Source: Octopus vulgaris (Eukaryota). Taken from it: a stretch of DNA of 64,000 nt. The notes beneath the pieces were generated by a model. It was not told the origin of the DNA, made no database searches, and was given only the letters and a program-made list of their open reading frames with translations. This document shows, in pieces, positions 54,994 to 64,000 of this stretch. Made by a program: the position numbers and the translations under genes. Location of the stretch: NCBI GenBank assembly GCA_951406725.2, contig OX597815.1:108066001-108130000 (forward strand), written 5' to 3'. Within the stretch, counting starts at the first letter, position 1; every line of letters begins with the position of its first letter.

Positions 54994-55159
54994 AAAGATT
55001 CTGTAAGTTTTCATTTGGACAGAGGTGGGATGTCTGGGAATATCATTTGAAGATTTCATCTTTGGGAGAGAGAGTGGGGAAATTTTATGAAATTCTATGA
55101 TGATTTCAAACTGCATCTTCATAAGCAATGTCTATATGTGTGGTGTTGTTGGTGTATGT

Positions 55160-55625
55160 GTGACTGTGTAGTTAAAAAGCTTGGTTTCAAGGCCTGTGAT
55201 CTAGGGATCAGTTCCAATCTGTAGCATGTTAGGTGTCTTCTATAATAGCCCTTGATTCAATAGATGGAAACTGCAAGAAGCCCATCATGCACACACATAC
55301 ACAGGCACACACACACACGCACACACAAGTACACACAAACACACACATGCGCACAAAGACACACACAAATGTGTATATGTATATAGCCTCTGTGTGTGTG
55401 TGTGTGTTTGTGTTTGTGGGTCTTTGTGCTTGTCTGCTGCCACCACATTGCAACTGCTACTGATTTGTTTACATCCCCGTAACTTAGTGGTTCAGCAAAA
55501 GAGAACAAAACAATAAATACAAGGTTTAAAAATAAATACTGATACTGATTTTTTTCAACTAAATGCTTCTGAGAGGTGCTCAAGCATGGCCACAGTCCAA
55601 TGACTGAAACAAATGAAAAATAAAG
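55160..55625 (+). mobile_element. tRNA-derived CORE-like SINE (older copy)
   Basis: Matches the reverse complement of 17611-18023; tail gtgctcaagcatggccacagtccaatgactgaaac. Confidence 0.8.
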
Positions 55626-55672
55626 ATAATGATTTTACATACATACATACACACATACATACATACATACAT

Positions 55673-56395
55673 GAACAGGAGATTGTCACAAAATACCTGG
55701 TGAACAAGAGACAGTGATGCTCTTGTAATCCCAAGGTGCTACACATATATGATTAGTTGCTATCCTAAAATGTTGCCAAGGGATTACCTTCTTATGTGGC
55801 ATGATGCTGTCACTAAAACACTTTACAATGCCTTCTGCAAAAAAGACTGCCATGAAATAAACTTAGAAAATCCCTCTGTTATGGAATACATTCATAAACA
55901 CTAACTCAAAGAATACTGGTGGAATATTCCCATCAAAACTTCTGTCAAATGTAGACATAACGGGCCTGTTTTGGACAGAGGGGAAAAGGTATGTACCATC
56001 ATAGAGGTTAGCTGCCCTAAAGATATAAATATCTCTTTGAAAATCAAAGTAAAAGAGGATATCTATGGACAACTACTTCAAAACCTCCAACTTCTATATC
56101 TAGACTATGAATTCATATTCATACCAATAATAATTGGAGCAATAGGTTTTGTTAGTAAATGCTTAAAAGAGAATCTGGAGAAACTGGGATTTTCAGAAAG
56201 AGAAATCAACTGGCTAATTCGTACATTACAAGTCCAATCTATGAGTGGAACAGTAAAAATATACAAGATTTTTCTCAAGTTCCAAATGTGAATTTGTCTG
56301 TGTTAACTACATCCTAAAGATGGAGCCTTGTATCTTTGTTGGAAACTGGCTCCCTCCTCAGTGTAAAATTTATAATAACTAAAAAGTAGAAGAGA
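55673..56395 (+). mobile_element. R4/Dong 3' fragment flanked by (CATA)n
   Basis: EQEIVTKYL, EYWWNIPIKTSVKCRHN, VCTIIEVSCPKDINISLKIKVKEDIY..IPIIIGAIG..KIFLKFQM*. Confidence 0.88.
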
Positions 56396-56497
56396 CATAC
56401 ATACATACATACATACATACACACGTACATACATACGTCAATACTTACATACGTACATACATACATACATACATACATACATACATACATACATACA

Positions 56498-56761
56498 TTC
56501 GTACCTATTATTATTGGAGCAACAGGGTACATACCAACATGTCTGGAGCAAAGTATGGCTGAACTTAGGACATTGGGGAGAGAATGCAAATCCCTAATTT
56601 ATAAGCTACAGATAATCACAATATTTGGGACTATAAAACTCTGCAAGACCTTCTTAAGATTTAAAGGGCGACAGTTAAATCTTTATACTTTCCTTCACAA
56701 CCTTGCTACCAAGTCAGTGGCCAGTCAAAATTTACTTTAAATTAAAAGGAGAAAGAGAAGA
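56498..56761 (+). mobile_element. Divergent R4/Dong 3' tip flanked by (CATA)n
   Basis: FVPIIIGATGYIPTCL..LQIITIFGTIKLCKTFLRF. Confidence 0.75.
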
Positions 56762-56811
56762 CATACATACATATATATGTGCGTATGTATACATATATTC
56801 ATATATATTAT

Positions 56812-56895
<84 letters not shown>

Positions 56896-57321
56896 TTATA
56901 TATAATGTAACTTTACACATGCTGTTGGCGATTTCTTTTCGTTCTTTGGACTTTTCCCTTTCACCTTTCTGACAAAGAGCTATACTTAAAACATCAACAC
57001 TTTCTCTTTTAACTGAGTGTCAAACTAATACATTCCTCATGCATGTCCTCTTGTTGTTGGTTGTTGTTAATTTTATTGTTCATTTATTTGAATTGACTAT
57101 GATACCAGTGCCGCATGACTGGCACCTATGCTGGTGGCATGTAAAAAATATCTACTGCACTCTTGGAGTGGTTGGTGTTTGGAAGGACATCCAGCTGTGG
57201 AGACCTTGCCAGATCAGATTGGAGCCTGGTGCAGCCTCATAGATTGCCAGTCCTCAGTCAAACCGTCCAATCCATGCCAGCATGGAAAGCAGATGTTAAA
57301 CGATGATGATGATCATCATGA

Positions 57322-57365
<44 letters not shown>

Positions 57366-58509
57366 TCAGAGAAACAGACAGACAGATAGATAAACAGACA
57401 GACAGATAGATTTATGTATGTATGAATATATAGTCTTTCGGTTTACTCCTCTTTCCATTATCTTATATTATTGAGCTCTTGTTTAATACCTGGATACCCT
57501 TCTTATCCCTAAACCTTACATGTTTCTCAAGTAAGGGATCTCTTACTTTGCATGCCTTTGAAGCTGTAGCATGAAACAGAGGGATGATTTGCTGACAGAA
57601 GAAAGACAACTAGACCACAGCTGTACCTGGTTATGTTAGGTTTATCAGTAAATAACTTAACATAAATACAACCACATGAATCCACTAATTTTTTTTTAGA
57701 TAAACTACTTTAAAAAGTAACTGAAAAATCTACATTTAGTCAGAAAATGTTGATTTACTCAGAACTGTTGCAACAAAAACATCCAGAAAACGGTTGGCGT
57801 TTCAAAAAAATGTACCAAAAATAATCAAATACAGAATTCAAAATATAATTTCACCTATACATTTCTTTTTTTATATTTTCTTGGAAAGCAGACAATTTAT
57901 TAAATGTTTTACATTAATTTACATAATTATTCCAAATGAACTATTTTTCTGATCAGTTGCTGTATTTCAGTGTCTATTGCAATACTTGGGGGTATATACA
58001 ATATTTTTGTTTTCATGTCTGGAACTAAAAGGAATGAACTGCTGCTGTTTCAAGCAGAGGGTATACAATTAAGACACATTGTAACACTTTTCCAAATACA
58101 CTTCAGATAAATAGTACATACCTAGATACCTGCATGAAACCACTGTATGACTGATTTACAATGCAGTTAGAAATGCAGATGATGATGATGAAGATGGTGA
58201 TGATGATGATATAACAGACTCCAGATATTTTGAGATCTTAGATGTTCACATATACACACGCACACTTACACCTGCATACATTATATATATATGTATGTAT
58301 GTGTGTATGTATGTATGTATGTATGTATGTACGTATGTATATTTATATATATATATGAACAAGCATATACATACATACATACATACATATATATGTATAT
58401 GTGTGTGTATATATATGTATATATATGCACACATATATAAACAGATATATATATATAAATATTTATGTATATATATGTCTATATATATGTACACACATTC
58501 ACTATGATA

Positions 58510-58690
58510 GGTCGCTAGACACTAAACCTTTTTCTATTTTCTCTCCCTGTTTATTTCTGTGTTCCTCTCTGTCGAAGAGCATAAGCTCGAAGCATAAAAG
58601 ACTTTCTCATTTCCCTAGCATTAAACTAATACATCTGTTTGTTGCTTACACACCTATCTTTGTCTTTTGTTTTTTTGTAAATTCTCACTA
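58510..58690 (+). mobile_element. PLE terminal repeat (inverse homolog of 12670-12850) with hammerhead-like motif
   Basis: CTGTCGAAGAGCataaGCTCGAAGC..gcattaaactaatacatctgtttgttg. Confidence 0.7.
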
Positions 58691-58708
58691 TATATGTACA
58701 CACACACT

Positions 58709-58754
<46 letters not shown>

Positions 58755-59779
58755 TATATATATATATGCACACATATATATGTATTTATATTTATGTATA
58801 TATCATCATCATCCTCATCACAATTTAACATCTGCCTTTCATATATCTATATACACACACACACATATAAATCTTGAACATAAATATATAGTGAAAAGAT
58901 ATGAATATCGAAAAGAAATCTACAGATCTTCAGATGATGGAAAGGAACCTACTACATACACATACTATATAGAATATTTAATTTAAATTTTTGTCTGGTG
59001 TATAACACTGAAATTTATTTATGCATTTATGACTATAGCATGTATTTCTTCATTGAGCTACTACTTCAAAGTACACACACACATGCACCTATACCCACTT
59101 ATGGTATGGATACATGTATATTTAGTCTGTGTGTGTATATATATACATAGACATCACTCTCTGTCTGTCTCTGTAAATATATGTATGTACACACTCATAC
59201 ACATGCGTGTGCATGTGTGTATGTGTGTGTGTGTGTGCATGTGTGTGTGTGTGCGTATATGCATATTCGTATGTGATGAGTAAATTTCATCTAATATTTA
59301 TTGGATTTGCATAACTTTAAAAGAGATACGGAAGAAGAAGGTGGTTATATGGATACTTACATATAATACATAAATATAAAGCATACACATATGTATACAT
59401 AGATAATGCATACGTAAGTGTATATATACACACACACACACATACATGTATGCATACATGTATATATACCCGTGAATGTATGTGTATGAACATATATATA
59501 TATAGGAAAAGAGAAGAAGAGAGAGCAATAGAGAAGACAAAGGAAGAAATAAGAAGAAATAAAATACTCCCTGTTTCAGCAAAGAAAACTGACAGTTTTG
59601 ATTCATTTCTTTCCCAATTTCTATAATCAATTATTGATAAGGTGTCAAAGAGTGAAAGGTGCTATTGAGTTCCATTCACCAACATGGAACTGGAAAGAAT
59701 TGATTGCAGCAAGATAGTTTTGTGGGTAACAATCACCCAACTCTGCACATGCACACAGAAATGCATAGAGTAATGTGAG

Positions 59780-59828
<49 letters not shown>

Positions 59829-60559
59829 ATAAGCACATATCTATCTCTCTATCTATCTATTTATCTATCTATCTATATGTCTGTCTATCTATATATCTAT
59901 CACCATATGAACATATATAAACATGTATATATATATGTTAAAATATATATGTATATATATATATATATGTGTGTGCGTGTGTGTGTAGATATATATTTAT
60001 ACATACATAGATACACACACACATACACACACACACACACAGACGTATATATATATATATTTATATACACACATGCATATATGCGTGTGTGTCTGTCTGT
60101 ATGCATGTATGCATATATATGAAGGCTGAGATGAATGAGATGTATTGTTAATATTGAATAGCATTTAGTGAACTTCTTAGAAATTTGAAAATAATTCAGG
60201 ATTATCAGCGTTTAAAGGATTTGCCATTATTCCATTATTCCAGTGCCTGGTGAAGTGAAGCAATGTTCTTCATTTTACTTGGTACTTCAAAATATTTACC
60301 ACTCCCATTTATATCTGTTTTCATGTCTTGCTTCTTTCAGCTTAAAGGAAAATGGTTAAAATGTTCTCAATGTGTTAAAGTTTAACTTAGTTGTCTTCAG
60401 AAAGGTTATCAAATATTCATACAAAGTTAATTTAATTTTTGAAGCTATTGTATTAACTATGTACAATGATGGGAAGATGTATGTTGCAGAAGTATATGTC
60501 ATTATGCTAGATAGTAGTTGCTGAGCAGTAGAAATAAAACGTCTTAACTCTTTTTTATA

Positions 60560-60775
60560 TTGGGTTCAAATTTTGACACAAGGCCAGGAATTTTGGGGGA
60601 CAGGGAAAGTCAATTATATCGACTCCTGTGCTCAACTAGTACTTGTCTTATCACCCCTGAAAAGATGAAAGGTAAAGTCAACATCAGTGGAATTTGAACT
60701 CAGAATGCAAAGATGAACAAAATGCCACTAAGCATTTTGCCAAGCATACTAATGATTCTGTCAGCTCATCACCTT
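60560..60775 (-). mobile_element. Meta-type SINE
   Basis: Reverse complement matches 27365-27550. Confidence 0.7.
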
Positions 60776-61024
60776 AAACTGTTTTCTATATTGATGAGCA
60801 AATGTGACATACTGCGTCTTAATATATTGTTGCAGATATATTACGATGTAGCTAAGAAATAAACTTTATAGTTATGTGGCTCCAGTTTCTATATCCCTGT
60901 TCTGTAGATCTTGAACATACGTCTTCCACCATTACTGTCAGGTGAGCCAAAATATATGAGTAAAAGAAGGTAGAAAAAACTAATAGAATCTGCCTTATTG
61001 ACTTAATCTTATGTTTGGCTGAAC

Positions 61025-61250
61025 TCTACCTCCTGGTGGTTGGACACTTTTAACAGTCCATACTGTTGCAATCACCACAAGGATCAGTCCTTGTTGTAGT
61101 GTGCTTTGGTGATCCTGAGAGCTAAGTGAGCAGAGCACAAGCTCCTGCTAAGGCTTCCCATGACAGCCAAGGACCACCTCTTCCCAAAGGTAAATATGGG
61201 CTTATGTAGGGTCAATATTCTACCTAGAAGAAAAAAACAAAGTTACGAAA
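61025..61250 (+). mobile_element. Probable RTE 5' UTR remnant
   Basis: gatcctgagagctaag...agctcctgctaaggcttcccatg resembles RTE 5' UTRs as I recall them; not aligned. Confidence 0.4.
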
Positions 61251-62006
61251 GAAAAAGATATGTTGGCATTAGAAAGGGCATCAAGCATTAGAATCCAAGC
61301 TAAAACAGATGACTGGAGTCTGGTGTAGTTCTTTGGCTTACCAGCTTCAGTTGACCTGTCTAACCCATGCTAGCATGGAAAACAGAAGATAAATGATGAT
61401 GATGATGATGATGATGATGGTGATGAAAATATTATATATAAAGCTCAGAGATAGAAAATGGAGTTCACAAGATTCTTTTTTTTTTTCCAATCCACTACAA
61501 TTGTTTTGACTCATCCTGTATCTGTACCTCAAAGGTGAGCTGCTGTCTTTTATCCGAAAATTATCCAAAAAAGATTTTGGATAATTTTCAGTTAAACGTA
61601 GGTGGTTTTTATTATAGCCAGCGAAGGACTGCGACTGTGCAGTAAAATTTGAAAAGTTAGTTCATATAAACATGAAACAAGTAGTTTTGTTTGTTTCGTG
61701 TGTATATGTTTAACCATAGGTTGGAACTGCTGAAGAAGATCACACCCAGTGAGTTTTCCTTGACTTGCTAAAAGAAGATCAGAAACCAATGGTTCCAGGA
61801 AACTAGATGGTAAATGTTTTTTATTTCCAAATTTATTCCTGTCGAATTTTATCCCCAATTTTTGTGGTTATAGAACCTAGCTGTTCTTTCTAGCGTGTAG
61901 AATCCCTATAAGTGGATTCCTTATGTGTTTAAATATACACTATATTGTATGACTATTATATACCTATATATATATACCCATATATATGTATGTATGTATG
62001 TATGTA

Positions 62007-62037
<31 letters not shown>

Positions 62038-62038
62038 T

Positions 62039-62438
62039 CTTTTACTTGTTTCAGTCATTTTGACTGCGGCCATGCTGGAGCACCGCCTTTAATCGAGCAA
62101 CTCGACCCCGGAACTTATTCTTTGTAAGCCCAGTACTTATTCTATCGGTCTCTTTTGCCGAACCGCTAGGTGACGGGGACATAAACACACCAGCATCGGT
62201 TGTCAAGCAATGTTAGGGGGACAAATGCAGACACACAAACATACACGCACATACATATATATATATATACATATATATGACGGGCTTCTTTCAGTTTCTG
62301 TCTACCAAATCCACTCACAAGGCTTTGGTCGGCCCGAGGCTATAGTAGAAGACACTTGCCCAAGGTGCCACGCAGTGGGACTGAACCCGGAACAATGCGG
62401 TTGGTAAACAAGCTACTTACCACACAGCCACTCCTGCA
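62039..62438 (-). mobile_element. Full-length young tRNA-derived CORE-like SINE
   Basis: Highly similar to 17611-18023, CpGs largely intact. Confidence 0.9.
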
Positions 62439-63599
62439 CATGTATATATACATATATATGTATATACAGAGAGAGAAAGGAGTGAGGGACAGACAGACAG
62501 ATGAACAGATAGATAGAGAGATATAAATACATGTCAGCAAGAAGGCATCCAGTTATAAATTATTGCCATAGAAAAGCTGTCCAGATGATATTGGCATGGA
62601 AGGGTGGATGATGGTAAATAAATATTATCTATACATATTCACATATTCACACAACCATACACACACATACATATGTATGCACACACATGGACACAAATAC
62701 ACATACACAAGTCATTTGGTTTTTAAAAAATTGATAGAAGCATTTTTAAATGAAATATTGTGTGTGCAGAAGTTGTTAACCATGCAGAAATTTTTATTTG
62801 AAATAGGTGATATATTGAAATAAATGTCATCTAATACAAGAAAAAACAGAAATTTACATTATTGATGACTTCTTTATTTACAATATAAGCATAACATATA
62901 TGTATACATATGTGTGTGTGTGTGTATGTGTGTATATACAGATGCATAAAAATATGGTCATATACATACACTCATATATATATGCTCATTCACACACATG
63001 CACATGCACTCACAGAGGTGTATATATATATACACACACACACATACACATATAAATAGGTAGATAGACAGGTAAATAGAGAGAGAGAGAGACAGATAGA
63101 TACATACACATAAGCACACATACATGCATACATATCGTCATTGATCAACATCATTTTAACATCCACTTTCTATGCTTCCATGGGTAGGACCAAATTTGTT
63201 GAGGCGAATTTTCTATAGCCATATTCCCTCCCTGTTGCCAATCTTCACCTGCTTCTAAATGTGGCTATAATTCCACATGACCAGACATGTTTTCATGAGA
63301 GATTAGCAACAAAGGAGGCCACTTGTATGACAGTGACACTTGCTTAAAACTACCATACTATTCTCAAAGCCAAGAGACAGTAGCACACACACACACACAA
63401 ACACACAAACACACATATATACATACATGCATACACACACATATACACACATGCATACTCACATACACACACACAAGCACAAACACATATATATACACAC
63501 ACACGCACACACACACATAAACACACATACACACTCACATATATATATATGTTTTCTTTTGGTTTCCTTGCATGTCTCCTCTGTCATTCTTTTTGTTCC

Positions 63600-63856
63600 C
63601 AACTTTGAGCCCCCATAAATCCCAAATTTTACTTTAGAATTTATGAGAGCAACTGTCTTTGAAGATTCATACTGTCGTTGAATGCTCGAAATGAGGAGTT
63701 GATAGACAGCTGACAACTGACGAAGGGTCCTTTCTCTGTGTTAACTTGTACTATTTTCCATTTTTTTCTCATTGTTTAAATATTTCACTCATTTTTCCCT
63801 AGTTTGTTTACGTATTCCATGTTATTTGCACCGTTGGTGATGTCCTGTACCCATAT
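63600..63856 (+). mobile_element. PLE terminal-repeat-like fragment related to the 37168-37678 arms
   Basis: ctcgaaatg...gacaactgacgaaggg...gatgtcctgtacccatatatg. Confidence 0.5.
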
Positions 63857-63867
63857 ATGTGTGTGTG

Positions 63868-63937
<70 letters not shown>

Positions 63938-64000
63938 CAGGTGTTGGACAAAATAATGGAAACACCTAGATTCATAATTTTGAAATATCTATAAAACTGT
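63938..64000 (+). mobile_element. Start of Tc1-like element (TIR), cut by window end
   Basis: TA|caggtgttggacaaaataatggaaacacc inserted in (TA)n. Confidence 0.55.

Noticed and set aside
61720-61809. Exon-like segment between ..ccatag and gtaaat
   Set aside because: All three frames contain stops (the best frame has both TGA and TAG), and there is no recognisable homology.

Overview
AT-rich, microsatellite-dense eukaryotic DNA in which I recognise no host protein-coding exon; it looks intergenic or intronic. The repeat landscape suggests an octopus (coleoid cephalopod) genome, which is an inference: tRNA-headed CORE-like and Meta-like SINEs, RTE LINEs, R4/Dong-type LINEs, mariners and Penelope-like elements (PLEs). 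Most ORFs in the supplied track are microsatellite artefacts. The real coding remnants are all transposon-derived: a 5'-truncated RTE LINE (30747-33263) whose RT contains an in-frame PHD-type C4HC3 finger, a second decayed RTE, about eight R4/Dong fragments mostly abutting (CATA)n, two full-length decayed mariners, and PLE fragments (a Naiad-like RT and two GIY-YIG domains). The most interesting signal is a set of short non-coding foldback insertions carrying minimal hammerhead-ribozyme-like motifs. One combines a tRNA-like Pol III head with a hammerhead and has a 13-bp target-site duplication (54492-55006). Another has a G3-C8 swapped hammerhead core and a 12-bp TSD (3236-3534). Together they suggest a family of PLE-mobilised ribozyme-bearing SINE/retrozyme-like elements. 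All alignments and translations were done by eye, so boundaries are approximate.
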